A stretch of DNA of 44,788 nucleotides, from positions 8,223 to 53,010 of the forward strand of contig MIAN01000034.1 in the NCBI GenBank assembly GCA_001829125.1, given 5' to 3'. The notes below the pieces were generated by a model. That model ran no database searches. It was not told the origin of the DNA and saw only the letters and a program-made list of their open reading frames with translations. Numbering within the stretch: position 1 is the first letter of the stretch; every line of letters starts with the position of its first letter. Source of the DNA: Spirochaetes bacterium GWB1_27_13. Lineage in GTDB: Bacteria; Spirochaetota; GWE2-31-10; MWDO01. Below, piece by piece: positions 10,517 through 20,722 of this stretch. Position numbers and translations under genes: made by a program.

Positions 10517-11287
10517 TTATTTATATTTTGCTTCTATTTTTTTTAATAATCCATTTTCTTTTGCTTTTATTATAAATTTATCTAAGTCCTCTTTTAATTT
10601 AGTTTTATTTTTATTTATTTGAAACATAAGTTCAAATTCATATAGTGATTTATCAGAAAAATAAAAATCTTTCATATCTTCATTATTTAATTTTATTTCA
10701 TATGGTGTTACATAAGTATTGCCAAAAAAACAATCTATCCTATGCTTTTTTAACATTGCTATTAACTGTATTGAATCTGTAACATCATATCCAATAATTT
10801 TTTTCTCTTCAAAAAGATTATCAAACTCTCCATAACCAAATCCTCTTATTTTTCCTACTTTTTTTCCAAAAAGGTCTTCAGGTTTTTCAAATTTAAATTG
10901 ATTATCTTTCAACATTACTACACAATCTTTACTCTTTACAAAAGGCTCGCTCCAAATAAAATTTTTAGCTCTATCTCCAGTAAATAAAGGACTATTATAT
11001 GATAGATCGGCTTTATTATAATCTAAAGATATTTGTTCTCTTTTCTTTGGTAATCCAATTATCGTTATTTTATAATTTTTATATTCTTTTTGAAATTCAT
11101 TTAATAAATCTACAACTATACCTTCTTTTAGTTCTCCACCTGATTTATCTGGTTTCATATGAAAAGGGGCATATCCAGCATCATTAAATATTGCATTAAT
11201 TTGTTCATAATTCGTTTCTGAAAAAATTACAGTAATCGATAAAATTAAAAATAAAAAAATCACTCCAAAAATATTCTTTTTTAACAT
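10517..11287 (-). CDS. Extracellular solute-binding protein, family 3 (orphan)
   Basis: Signal peptide, YAPF, GIVVDL, DLFGKKVGKIRGFGY, RIDCF, ENGLLKKIEAKY. Confidence 0.85.
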   Translation of the reverse strand: MLKKNIFGVIFLFLILSITVIFSETNYEQINAIFNDAGYAPFHMKPDKSGGELKEGIVVDLLNEFQKEYKNYKITIIGLPKKREQISLDYNKADLSYNSPLFTGDRAKNFIWSEPFVKSKDCVVMLKDNQFKFEKPEDLFGKKVGKIRGFGYGEFDNLFEEKKIIGYDVTDSIQLIAMLKKHRIDCFFGNTYVTPYEIKLNNEDMKDFYFSDKSLYEFELMFQINKNKTKLKEDLDKFIIKAKENGLLKKIEAKYK

Positions 11288-11529
11288 TTTATCTTCCTTA
11301 AATATAAGATTTTTTTTATTTAGTAGTTTAAAATACTAAATATTCATTATATACACTTCTTTTTTATAATGAACATTATTCAACTTGTTATTATAATATT
11401 AATTATATTCATTAATAAATTATTGTCAAGTCAAAATTCCAAAAACTCTAAAAATTAAAATATCTTTATCTATAAACACACCAATTCAAACCACAATTCA
11501 ACCCAAATTAATGTTTATATACTAAATAT

Positions 11530-11957
11530 TTTTTTAAATTTTTCTTAAATAAAAGATGACACTTTCATATAATCAAACTATATGTTTAACTTTATGACTA
11601 TAATTCTTGAGTTGCTTGGAATGTAATATCTATTATTTTTCTACTTAATTATAATATCACTTTGTATTAATTTTGGTATAAGCGGTTTTATTTCTTTTAT
11701 CAATCCTATTTTATTTGCTTCCAATAATATACCCATCGTTCATATTGTCTCAAGTTCGTTTATTTTGGCAAATTTTCTTGCTTTTAAATCATCTATTAAA
11801 ACAATATCTGGTTTATCTTTTAAAATGGGTAAAGTTCATTCTTAATTTTCCTAATTCAAACATAAAATCAACTTTATTCATTTTAGATAAACTAATTTTA
11901 ATTAAAACTCACCAAAAAGTCATATGAAATAGGAAAATCTTGGGGGGAGTTTGGTAA
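11530..11957 (-). pseudogene. Decayed, internally deleted copy of the UPF0175/DUF3368 TA module
   Basis: Aligns by eye to 13757-14040, 14171-14185, 14374-14410 and 14588-14655, with substitutions and deletions. Confidence 0.85.
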
Positions 11958-12367
11958 CATTTTTCAATAAAAAAACATTAATAAACACAACAAAATTAAT
12001 ATTTATATATCAAAAATAATATAAAATAGCTTAAATTAGCTTATATCAATCTAAAATACTGTAAAATTTAATTATTTATTGTGATTATTAGAGAATATTG
12101 TTAATATTATTTTAAAATAAAAAATATAGATATTAAATAATGTATTTTAAGAAAAAATATATATTTTAGTTAAATATGAAAATATAAATATATTATATAA
12201 CTTATAATGGCATGAAAATACTAAAATAAGTTATTATCTCTAATGTATATATCATTATGAGAATTTAAAAAATATCAGCAATTTTCCGATCACTAAAGCA
12301 GAACTAACCAGTTGGATAACTATTTGTTATGCAAAAATCGACCAAATTTTTTTAATTAAAAAATATA

Positions 12368-12396
12368 TTGATTTAGTATTAAATAAGTAGTATAAT
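12368..12396 (+). promoter_or_regulatory. sigma70 promoter of the mazEF-like module (probably leaderless)
   Basis: TTGATT-17 nt-TATAAT with ATG only 6 nt downstream and no SD sequence. Confidence 0.7.
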
Positions 12397-12402
12397 TATA
12401 GT

Positions 12403-12633
12403 ATGAAAATAAAAACATCAATAACAATATCTAGTGAATTATTACAACAAATTGACAAATTATACAATCATTCAATAAATAGATCTTTATTTATTGAAAA
12501 TGCAGTTAAATATTATCTTGAAAAACAAATAAGAGATAAAAGAAATGAACTTGATTTAGAAATAATAAATAAGAATTCTGAAGATTTAAATTTGGAAGCG
12601 GAAGATACTTTATTATACCAGGTGGAAAATTGA
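12403..12633 (+). CDS. Ribbon-helix-helix antitoxin
   Basis: [15 protein letters not shown]......RS.FIE.AV RHH pattern; 4-nt overlap with the toxin gene. Confidence 0.85.
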   Translation: MKIKTSITISSELLQQIDKLYNHSINRSLFIENAVKYYLEKQIRDKRNELDLEIINKNSEDLNLEAEDTLLYQVEN

Positions 12634-12959
12634 AAAGAGGAGATTTATTTCGAGTCTATAAAGGGTCACCAAATGACACAAAAGATTTTAGAGTATTTGT
12701 TGTAGTTAGTAGACAAATATTAATAGATTCAAAATTTAGTACCGTAATTTGCGCTCCAATTTATTCAAATTATAATGGTTTATCAACGCAAGTTTTAATA
12801 GGAATTGAAGAAGGATTAAAACATGAAAGTGCAATACATTGTGATGAATTAATAAGTTTAAGAAAAACAATGTTAACAAATTATATTGGTAAATTATCAG
12901 AAGATCAATTAAATGAATTAAATAAAGCATTAAAGATTTCTTTGGATTTAGAAATGTAA
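12630..12959 (+). CDS. mazF: PemK/MazF family endoribonuclease toxin
   Basis: MKRGDLF, R.FVVVSR, TVICAPI, EGLKHES.IHCDEL.SL.K..L..YIGKLS. Confidence 0.9.
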   Translation: MKRGDLFRVYKGSPNDTKDFRVFVVVSRQILIDSKFSTVICAPIYSNYNGLSTQVLIGIEEGLKHESAIHCDELISLRKTMLTNYIGKLSEDQLNELNKALKISLDLEM

Positions 12960-13007
12960 TAAATCGCTCGATTTTTGGCTAACCCCTAATTATATATCTT
13001 TCATTTT

Positions 13008-13050
13008 AATTATATACTGAAATGTTTCAGCTTTGTCTTAAATTCAAGTA
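13008..13050. repeat. Half copy of the hairpin element at 28252-28357
   Basis: AATTATATACTGAAATGTTTCAG...TGTCTTAAATTCA shared with 28252-28290. Confidence 0.7.
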
Positions 13051-13063
13051 TCATTTTTTTTCA

Positions 13064-13308
13064 CTGAAATAGAAAAATCTGGGGAGGGAGTTTGGTAAAT
13101 TGATATTGTAGTGGAGAAAAGAGAATTTAGATTTATAAAACACTGATAATAGGGATTTTAATGAAAAAATACGGTGAAAGAATAGTATTATACAATAATA
13201 TTATTAAATATAGTGGGTTTTTATGTAATTATTTTTATTATTGGGTGTTTTGATGTTTTAAAAGATATTTTTTATTGAGGTGAAATTGGAAAAAATCTGG
13301 TGGGTTGT
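13064..13308. repeat. Repeat A, copy 1 (non-coding, about 250 bp)
   Basis: Aligns with 14618-14898 (CTGAAATAGAAAAAT...GTAGTGGAGAAAAGAGAATT...GTGGGTTGT); left end also present at 11925-11957. Confidence 0.9.
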
Positions 13309-13320
13309 AAGCAGTGCATT

Positions 13321-13496
13321 TTATAGTTTAAAAAAATTTAGAAACCAGCCAGCTGAAATTATATACTTTCCATCAGGTGAAAAGTTTGCCGAGTTTATTC
13401 CATTTTGCCCTTGTTGAATATTAAAATCAATTGAAACTAAATTGTTTACAATAGATATTATTGATAAAAACTCAAAAATAATTTTATTTTTTTCAT
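13321..13496 (-). pseudogene. Collapsed remnant of a secreted WD40-repeat protein
   Basis: GAGG RBS, MKKIKLFLSF signal-like start, frameshift, then INSANFSPDGKYIISAGW (a WD40 blade) and stop. Confidence 0.7.
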
Positions 13497-13532
13497 AAAT
13501 ACCTCATTTAAAATGCATGGTTTATAACTACA

Positions 13533-13722
13533 TTTATCCAATAATTATAATTTTTTTCCCTAATTTTGTAAATCAAAATCAATATTTTTTGCTATAATTA
13601 ATATAAAAGGAGGCATAAATACATTTATTTAAGAAAATAAAAAAACAAATCTAACAAATAGAAATTATTCTATCAAAAAACGCTGACTTTTAATTTTGTG
13701 GCTAAATCAATTTTCTTTTAAA
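13533..13722 (-). repeat. Repeat B, copy 1; contains a sigma70 promoter facing the passenger gene
   Basis: Aligns with 15668-15860; minus-strand TTTACA-17 nt-TATAAT at 13572-13544. Confidence 0.9.
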
Positions 13723-13824
13723 TTAAATGGAAAATGATAAACACTGAGAAAACTACTTTTTTAAATTTTTCTTAAACAAAAGCATGCCCTTTGATACAAT
13801 TAAACTACATGTTTAACTTTATGA

Positions 13825-14304
13825 CTATAATTCTTGAGCTGCTTGTAATGTAATATCTATTATTTTTCTACTTATTCTAATATCACTTTGTATTAATTTT
13901 GATATGAGTGGTTTTATTTCTTTTATCAATCCTATTTTCTTTGCTTCCAATAATATACCCATTGTTCCTATTGTCTCAAGTCCGTTTATTTTAGCAAATT
14001 TTCTTGCTTTTAAATCATCTATTAAAACAATATCTGGTTTTTCTTCTAAAGCTAAAACAATTGCTTCAGATTCTCCTATTCCAATATCGCTTAATAAAAT
14101 TTCTATGGCTAATCTATTTTTAACAATTTTTACCCTTCCTTCTAAAAATATTTTTAATTCTTTTGAGAAAGGTTTATCTTTTAAAGTAACTTCTTCATAA
14201 ACAGCATTTGGAACATATATTTCTTTATATAACTTTTCTAATAAATCAAGTTTTTCTATTACTGCCAACGAAATTAATGGTGAAGAATCCGAAATAATAA
14301 TCAT
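13825..14304 (-). CDS. DUF3368 PIN-domain toxin
   Basis: ISDSSPLISL, VP.AVYEE, GESEAIVLA, LIDDLKAR, GTMGILL. Confidence 0.92.
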   Translation of the reverse strand: MIIISDSSPLISLAVIEKLDLLEKLYKEIYVPNAVYEEVTLKDKPFSKELKIFLEGRVKIVKNRLAIEILLSDIGIGESEAIVLALEEKPDIVLIDDLKARKFAKINGLETIGTMGILLEAKKIGLIKEIKPLISKLIQSDIRISRKIIDITLQAAQEL

Positions 14305-14567
14305 CTCTTCATTATCCTCTCAACTTCTTCCTTAAAATCATCTTCATCGTAATTTATTACAGGTATCCCATATTTTCCTAATTCAAACATAAAATCAACT
14401 TTATTCATTTCTGCAAGTTCAGAAGCTTTTCCCATCGATAGTTTTTGTATTTTGTAAAGTTCCATTGCTGTATAAAGTTTCATTTGTTTTATAAAATCGG
14501 TCTTAGTTTCATTTAGTGTATAAAGAATTTCTTCTGGTACATTTAACCTCAATTCAATTGTTTTCAA
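14301..14567 (-). CDS. UPF0175 family antitoxin
   Basis: A.ELY....LSMGKASELA.M....FM.EL...GIP pattern; overlaps the DUF3368 gene. Confidence 0.9.
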   Translation of the reverse strand: MKTIELRLNVPEEILYTLNETKTDFIKQMKLYTAMELYKIQKLSMGKASELAEMNKVDFMFELGKYGIPVINYDEDDFKEEVERIMKR

Positions 14568-14588
14568 TTTTAATCTCCTATTTTATTA

Positions 14589-14617
14589 ATCTTAATTAAA
14601 ACTTATTAAGAAGTCAA
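14589..14617 (-). promoter_or_regulatory. Putative promoter of the UPF0175/DUF3368 module
   Basis: TTGACT-17 nt-TAAGAT followed by AGGAG RBS. Confidence 0.55.
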
Positions 14618-14898
14618 CTGAAATAGAAAAATTTTGGGTGGAGTTTGTTAAATTGATATTGTAGTGGAGAAAAGAGAATTGAGATTTATAAAACACTGAC
14701 AATATGGATTTTACTGAGAAAATACGGAGAAAAAATAGGATTAGATAATAATATCATTAAATATAATAATTTTTTATGTAATTGTTTTTATTATTGATGT
14801 TTTGATGGTTTATATAGTTTTTAAAATATAGAGATTTTATTATTTTTTTTAAAGTTGATTTTTTTTCAGATGAAATTGCAGGGAATTCAGTGGGTTGT
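14618..14898. repeat. Repeat A, copy 2
   Basis: Aligns with 13064-13308. Confidence 0.9.
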
Positions 14899-14918
14899 CG
14901 GCTGTTGGCAGAGGATAT

Positions 14919-15665
14919 TTAAAAAAAACATTTTATTTTTTCCCATATAATCGTACTTGTTAAATTTACAACTACACCAAATATAAAAGATATAATTATT
15001 GATAAAATTGGATGATTTTTAACAAAATCAAATAATTTATAAAATAATTTCTTTTTAATTCTTTTAATTTCTTTTCTAACTTTTTTTATTATATCTATTG
15101 GTATTTTTGATTTTGATAAATTATGATAGCAATCATCACAAATTATTGGATTATAACAAGAATAAATAACATCAGATTTATATCCAGTCATATCAAATAT
15201 ACAGCCTTTTGTTTCATCATGAGCAAAACTTGTTTTCTCACTTTTTGACGGAATTCGATTATTATACATTTTATAAACAAAACTATAAGAATAAAGCTTC
15301 ATTAATATTAAATTCTCTATTGGTATATTTTCACTTTTTAATATTTCAGCCATTTGAAATAATGTAAAAATAATTTTATTGTTTTTTAATCTTCGTGAAT
15401 AATAATTATTTTCCAAAGGGACATTACAAATACAAAAAATAAAATTTATATTATCTTGTAAATTAGGGATAGCTTTTTCTAATATATCATCAGAATAGCC
15501 CCAATTTCCTCCATCAGAATTTTTATCTAAGATATAATCATTTATATATTTATCAACATCAAATAATAAAGATTTATTTTTAATTATTTTTTTGAAATCA
15601 ATATCAAATGGAATATAACCTAATCTTATAATTTTGATCTTTAATTTATCCATATTTCCTCTCAC
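14919..15665 (-). CDS. Hypothetical protein with Cys/His cluster and C-terminal TM helix (likely start ATG 15653)
   Basis: 248-codon ORF with AGAGG RBS before MDKL; HDETKGCIFD...C...ICDDC; hydrophobic tail. Confidence 0.75.
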   Translation of the reverse strand: MRGNMDKLKIKIIRLGYIPFDIDFKKIIKNKSLLFDVDKYINDYILDKNSDGGNWGYSDDILEKAIPNLQDNINFIFCICNVPLENNYYSRRLKNNKIIFTLFQMAEILKSENIPIENLILMKLYSYSFVYKMYNNRIPSKSEKTSFAHDETKGCIFDMTGYKSDVIYSCYNPIICDDCYHNLSKSKIPIDIIKKVRKEIKRIKKKLFYKLFDFVKNHPILSIIISFIFGVVVNLTSTIIWEKIKCFF

Positions 15666-15667
15666 AA

Positions 15668-15860
15668 TTTACCCAATAATTATAAAATTTTTCCCTAATT
15701 TTGTAAACCAAAATCAATATTTTTCACTTTAATTAATATAAAATGAGGCTATAAATACATTTATTTAAGAAAATAAAAAAACAAATCTAACAAATAGAAA
15801 TTATTCTATAAAAAAACGCTGACTTGTAATTCTCTTGCTAAATCAATCTTTCTCTTTCAA
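15668..15860 (-). repeat. Repeat B, copy 2, with sigma70 promoter
   Basis: Aligns with 13533-13722; minus-strand TTTACA-17 nt-TATAAT at 15707-15679. Confidence 0.9.
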
Positions 15861-15912
15861 TATTCTTCGTCCTGTGCTAACCCTAAAAAATCGATCTTAC
15901 ATAATTTACCAT

Positions 15913-15941
15913 TTGACAAAATTCAAACTTTTGGGTATATT
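15913..15941 (+). promoter_or_regulatory. parE promoter
   Basis: TTGACA-17 nt-TATATT; supports ATG 15961 as the true start. Confidence 0.7.
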
Positions 15942-15960
15942 TTTGGTGGATGGGGAATTT

Positions 15961-17766
15961 ATGGCAACAAAAAAAGAAACACATAATTATGACGAGTCAA
16001 AAATTAAGACGCTATCGTCTTTGGAACACATCAGGCTTAGGAGCGGGATGTATATTGGTAGGCTTGGGGATGGGTCTAATTTTGATGATGGGATTTATGT
16101 TTTATTAAAAGAGGTAATTGATAACTCGATTGACGAATACATCATGGGTTTTGGTGACAAGATTTTGATTGATGTAAAGGATAAGACTGTTACTGTCCGC
16201 GATTTTGGTCGGGGTATTCCTTTGGGTAAGCTTATAGAATGTGTTTCAAAGATAAATACTGGTGCTAAATATAATGACGATGTTTTTCAGTTTTCTGTTG
16301 GGTTGAATGGTGTTGGAACAAAGGCTGTCAATGCTTTGTCAAGTAAGTTTATTGCTGCGAGTTATCGAGATGGCGAGGGTAAAGTCGCTGGTTTTGAAAA
16401 AGGCATTCTAAAAAACGAGAAGAATGTTAAGGAAGAAAAGCCAAATGGTACACTAATTCAGTTTGTTCCAGATGCTGAGATTTTTGGTGAATATTCGTTT
16501 GTGGATGAGATAATCGAAAAAAGACTTTTACATTACGCTTACCTAAATGCTGGGTTAAAATTATATTATAATGGTAAATTATTTGAAAGTAAGAATGGTT
16601 TAGCTGACTTATTAAAGGAAGAAATTGGTAGTGAGGGCATTTACGAAATTATTCATTGCAAAGAGCAGAAAATGGAGTATGCTATTTGCCACACGACGAA
16701 TTATGGGGAAACTTATTTTTCTTTTGTCAATGGGCAACATACTACTGACGGAGGGACTCATCAACAGGCTTTTAGAGAAGGAATTTTGAAGGCAATAAAT
16801 GAATTTGCTGGTAAAAATTTTAACGGTGTTGATGTTAGGGAAGGAATAGTTGGGGCTGTTGCGATTAAATTGAAAGACCCAATTTTTGAATCACAAACCA
16901 AAAATAAACTTGGTAACACAGAGATAAAGAGTGAAATAGTAAATAAAGTCAAGGAAACTCTTCTTATATATTTACATAGAAATAAACAGGTTGCTGATAA
17001 AATTATAGAAAAGATTCGATTTAATGAAAATCTAAGAAGCGAGCTTCAACAAGTACAAAAAGAAGCAAAAGAAAAAGCAAAAAAAATTGCTTTAAACATT
17101 CCAAAGCTAAAGGATTGCAAGCATCATCTTTTCGATCAAACAAAAGATGGTGAACGGACAATGATTTTTCTTACAGAGGGACAATCTGCGTCTGGAAGTT
17201 TGGTTTCGTGTCGAGATGTTATGACTCAAGCAATTTATTCGCTTCGTGGTAAACCTTTAAATGTTTTTGGGTTAGGTAAAGAAACTGTTTACAAGAATGA
17301 AGAACTTTTTAACTTAATGAAAGCCTTAGGTATTGAAGAAGGGGTTGAAGGTTTGCGATACCAAAAAATTATAATTTCAACTGATGCTGATGTGGATGGC
17401 TTTCATATTAGGAATTTGCTTTTAACATATTTTTTGGTTTATTTTGAGCCAGTAGTTTTATCTGGGCATTTATTTATACTAGAGACTCCGCTTTTTAGGG
17501 TTAGAAATAAAAAAGAAACGATTTATTGTTATACAGAGGTAGAAAAAGAAAAAGCGTTAAAAAAACTCGGTGCTGAGGCAGAAATTACACGATTTAAAGG
17601 GCTTGGGGAAATTTCACCAAAAGAGTTTGGGCAATTTATAGGTAAAGATATGCGAATCCTCCCTGTAACAGTAGAACATCTAAACGAAATAAAAAAATCT
17701 TTAACTTTCTTTATGGGTAAGAATACTCCAGAACGAAAAGAATATATTATGGAAAATTTAGTGTAG
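15961..17766 (+). CDS. parE: Type IIA topoisomerase subunit B (topoisomerase IV subunit B)
   Basis: HIRLRSGMYIG, EVIDNSIDE, DFGRGIP GHKL motifs; EGQSA, PLN, TDADVDG TOPRIM; RFKGLGE. Confidence 0.9.
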   Translation: MATKKETHNYDESKIKTLSSLEHIRLRSGMYIGRLGDGSNFDDGIYVLLKEVIDNSIDEYIMGFGDKILIDVKDKTVTVRDFGRGIPLGKLIECVSKINTGAKYNDDVFQFSVGLNGVGTKAVNALSSKFIAASYRDGEGKVAGFEKGILKNEKNVKEEKPNGTLIQFVPDAEIFGEYSFVDEIIEKRLLHYAYLNAGLKLYYNGKLFESKNGLADLLKEEIGSEGIYEIIHCKEQKMEYAICHTTNYGETYFSFVNGQHTTDGGTHQQAFREGILKAINEFAGKNFNGVDVREGIVGAVAIKLKDPIFESQTKNKLGNTEIKSEIVNKVKETLLIYLHRNKQVADKIIEKIRFNENLRSELQQVQKEAKEKAKKIALNIPKLKDCKHHLFDQTKDGERTMIFLTEGQSASGSLVSCRDVMTQAIYSLRGKPLNVFGLGKETVYKNEELFNLMKALGIEEGVEGLRYQKIIISTDADVDGFHIRNLLLTYFLVYFEPVVLSGHLFILETPLFRVRNKKETIYCYTEVEKEKALKKLGAEAEITRFKGLGEISPKEFGQFIGKDMRILPVTVEHLNEIKKSLTFFMGKNTPERKEYIMENLV

Positions 17767-17770
17767 AATT

Positions 17771-17820
17771 CTTCATCTATGGAAACAATGGGTAGCTACC
17801 CAATGCTTTCATAGATGAAG
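17771..17820. repeat. REP-like hairpin / possible terminator after parE
   Basis: CTTCATCTATG...CATAGATGAAG outer arms enclosing GGAAACAATGGGTAGCTACCCAATG, a variant of the Roco 5'UTR hairpin. Confidence 0.75.
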
Positions 17821-18079
17821 TCATAAATATTATTTATATCAAAAGTTTTTGGTTTATCACAAATTCAAAAAGTTAAGTACAGTTATTGTATATATTTACA
17901 CGAGTTAATCTGTGTGAATCCGAAACAATCTGATTAATCTGTGTTATAATTTTAAATTTATTATTAAAAAACTTAAAATACTTAGGCGATCTTACGATAA
18001 TTAGATATTGCTAAAAATTTGTTGTGAAAGATATTATTTTTTACAAAACCTAAATATGCTCTTTTAAGGGAAAAATTCT

Positions 18080-20620
18080 ATGTCTTTACTTAAAAAAAGA
18101 ACTCTAAAAATAAAATGGCGACTTCTTATTACAATTATTCCAATTGCTATTATACCATTATCTTTTATTGTATGGTTTATTAGTAATAGAATATTTGAAC
18201 ATCTTGATAAACAAAAAATTATTCTTAATGATAATTTAGTATTTCAAATTGCTCAAAATGTTGATAAGACATTTCAAGATTACGCAAATAAAATTCCAAA
18301 CTTAATTACACCACCAGAAATTAAAAATAATATTTATAAATATTCCTTTAAAGATAAAACTGAAGAAAATGAAATTAATACTGATGAAGTTGTTGGTAGA
18401 GAAGGTTCTACAAAAGGTCTTAGGGTACTTACTGTTTCGTTAAATATATCTGGTGTTACTTATATAATAAATAGGGATTGTCCTTCGCTCCTTCAAGAAA
18501 GATCATTCACATCATGGCGAGCATCCAACATTAATGTTGAACCTGATATGGAAAAACTTATGAACGAAGACCCTGTATTTAAAAAAGCAGAAAAAGATGT
18601 TGATTCTCAATTTAAAGAAAGTGGAATAAAAACCTCAAAAGTAACTATGGGACAACTATCAAAAGATACTTATAGAGAATACGATAAATATACAGTCTTA
18701 CTTTGGCCCATTGTGAATGAATTTAGTAGTCCAAAACCTGAGTCATCATTTTTTAGAGTTTTTGTTTTGTTACTTTTAAGTAATGAAGGAGATAAGGGAT
18801 TTTTACCTCTCACTGTAAAAAACGTTTCTGGTATTGATCAAGGAACTATCTACATTTTAGATTATAAAAATGATATTATGTTTACAAACTGGGGTGGAAA
18901 AGAATTAGACCCTGAGGATGATAGAGATGAAGAAGCAGGAATTTATCCCGAACTTTTAAATTCAGATACAGGAATTCTAAAAGAAAAATTGGTTTCTGGT
19001 GTACTAAATGGAAGTTATGATGAAAATCAAGTAAATACTGACAATAAAACTATTGTTTTTAACACAAAATTTAAAAACAAACAATATCAGAGTTTTATTA
19101 TTGATACAAATTTATATAGTGATATGAAATCTGGGGTAAAAATTGCTTATTTCTATCCAAAAGAACTTATTTATATGCCTATTTACAATATTTTGAGGCA
19201 GATTATTTTTATTGCATTAGTTTTCGTTATTATTATTGTAATTTTATCAATTATGCTAAGTAATTCTTTGGAATTTCCACTTGTTACGTTAGACTATGCT
19301 ACAAATAAAGTAAGTCAAGGTTATCTTGATGTTGATATTGTTTCAGATTCAAAAGATGAAATTGGACATTTGTATAGAAATTTTAGACGAATGCTCAATA
19401 CTATTAACGAGGTTTTGGCGAATATTCAAAAATCCTCAAATAACCTCATTGGTTATCAAAATTCGCTTGATACTGTAATAAACAATTTTGATGCCACGAT
19501 TAAAATTCAAGCAGGATCAATCGCTGAAAGTTTAAAGATGTTTGAAAAATTAAATGAATCTATTAAAAGGGTTGACCAGCATGTTAAAGACTCGTTAAAA
19601 TTAACAAATCAAGCAGAACGACATGCTCAAGATTCTACCCAAATCATAAAAGAAATGATAGAAGAAATAAATATGATAGCAGAAACATCTAAACAGATTA
19701 ACTCTATTACTGATTTAATCAATGGAATTTCTGAAAAAACAAGACTCTTGTCGTTAAATGCTGCTATTGAAGCAAGTAGAGCAGGGGAAGCTGGAAAAGG
19801 CTTTAACGTTGTTGCTGGTGAAATTAGAAAACTTGCGATTCAATCAAATGATGCTGCAAATGAAATTGGACTTCTTATAAAAATGAATGATAGAAGAATA
19901 AAAGCAGGTGTTGCTAAAACATCTGAGGTAATAAATGCAATTGATGATATTAAGGACAGCATTCAAACCATAAAAAATATAGTTGAGCGAATTTTTGTTG
20001 CAACAGAAGAAGAGAGTAAAGGTAGCCAAACAATAATGGACATAATAAATTCATTCTCCGAAGAAGCAAGCAAAAATGTTAAACTTATCGAGTCTTTGGG
20101 TAAAACAAGAAACCATCTTTCTGGTGAAGTTCAAAAAATGAGAAACCTAATTTTAGCATTTAAAGTTCAAGGCGTAGAAAAAGAAGTAATTAAAGATATT
20201 AAAAACTATACTCCAGAAGAAAAAAGAAAAATTGCGGAAGAAAAAAAACTTAAGATTCAATCTCGAAAATTAGCAATGGAAAATGAAAGAAAAAAATCTA
20301 TAGAAAATGATAATTTAAAAGGAAATAATATAATTTTAAGAACACTCTTAAATTATAAACCAAAATTTTCTTTTTTCAATAAAAACGGTAAGAATAAGCC
20401 TGCAAAGAAAGAAATATCTATTAAAATACCTTTAATAATTAAATTTGAAGCTTTTGAAAATAATATTTTGAATAAAATACAAAAAGAAGATGAAAAGAAT
20501 TTTGTCTTATCATTATACAAAAAAGACCTTTTTAATGATACTTATAATTTAAGAGAAGAATCAGATGAACACGAAAAAACAAAATTAGAAAATATATTGA
20601 AGGGGATTGATTATAAATAG
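18080..20620 (+). CDS. Methyl-accepting chemotaxis protein with long C-terminal extension
   Basis: Two TM helices, HAMP (DEIGHL...F..M), signalling tip [31 protein letters not shown]. Confidence 0.95.
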   Translation: MSLLKKRTLKIKWRLLITIIPIAIIPLSFIVWFISNRIFEHLDKQKIILNDNLVFQIAQNVDKTFQDYANKIPNLITPPEIKNNIYKYSFKDKTEENEINTDEVVGREGSTKGLRVLTVSLNISGVTYIINRDCPSLLQERSFTSWRASNINVEPDMEKLMNEDPVFKKAEKDVDSQFKESGIKTSKVTMGQLSKDTYREYDKYTVLLWPIVNEFSSPKPESSFFRVFVLLLLSNEGDKGFLPLTVKNVSGIDQGTIYILDYKNDIMFTNWGGKELDPEDDRDEEAGIYPELLNSDTGILKEKLVSGVLNGSYDENQVNTDNKTIVFNTKFKNKQYQSFIIDTNLYSDMKSGVKIAYFYPKELIYMPIYNILRQIIFIALVFVIIIVILSIMLSNSLEFPLVTLDYATNKVSQGYLDVDIVSDSKDEIGHLYRNFRRMLNTINEVLANIQKSSNNLIGYQNSLDTVINNFDATIKIQAGSIAESLKMFEKLNESIKRVDQHVKDSLKLTNQAERHAQDSTQIIKEMIEEINMIAETSKQINSITDLINGISEKTRLLSLNAAIEASRAGEAGKGFNVVAGEIRKLAIQSNDAANEIGLLIKMNDRRIKAGVAKTSEVINAIDDIKDSIQTIKNIVERIFVATEEESKGSQTIMDIINSFSEEASKNVKLIESLGKTRNHLSGEVQKMRNLILAFKVQGVEKEVIKDIKNYTPEEKRKIAEEKKLKIQSRKLAMENERKKSIENDNLKGNNIILRTLLNYKPKFSFFNKNGKNKPAKKEISIKIPLIIKFEAFENNILNKIQKEDEKNFVLSLYKKDLFNDTYNLREESDEHEKTKLENILKGIDYK

Positions 20621-20722
20621 TAAGGAAAGACATGGGAGAATTTGAGAGATTAAAATTTCTTGACTTTTTGTGGTAATTTAATTATTGTTTTTACAAATCA
20701 TTGGTTTTGGAGTAAAAGTAAA

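Noticed and set aside
11715-11927. 70-aa plus-strand ORF
   Set aside because: Antisense to the decayed TA copy; no RBS or recognisable motif
11300-15860. Complete integron, prophage or IS
   Set aside because: No integrase, transposase or phage genes in the window; only cassette-like ends and repeats
15835-15960. N-terminal extension of ParE from TTG 15835
   Set aside because: It spans repeat B and the promoter; ATG 15961 fits better. The same reasoning applies to upstream starts at 20660, 25016, 36716, 38414 and 43695
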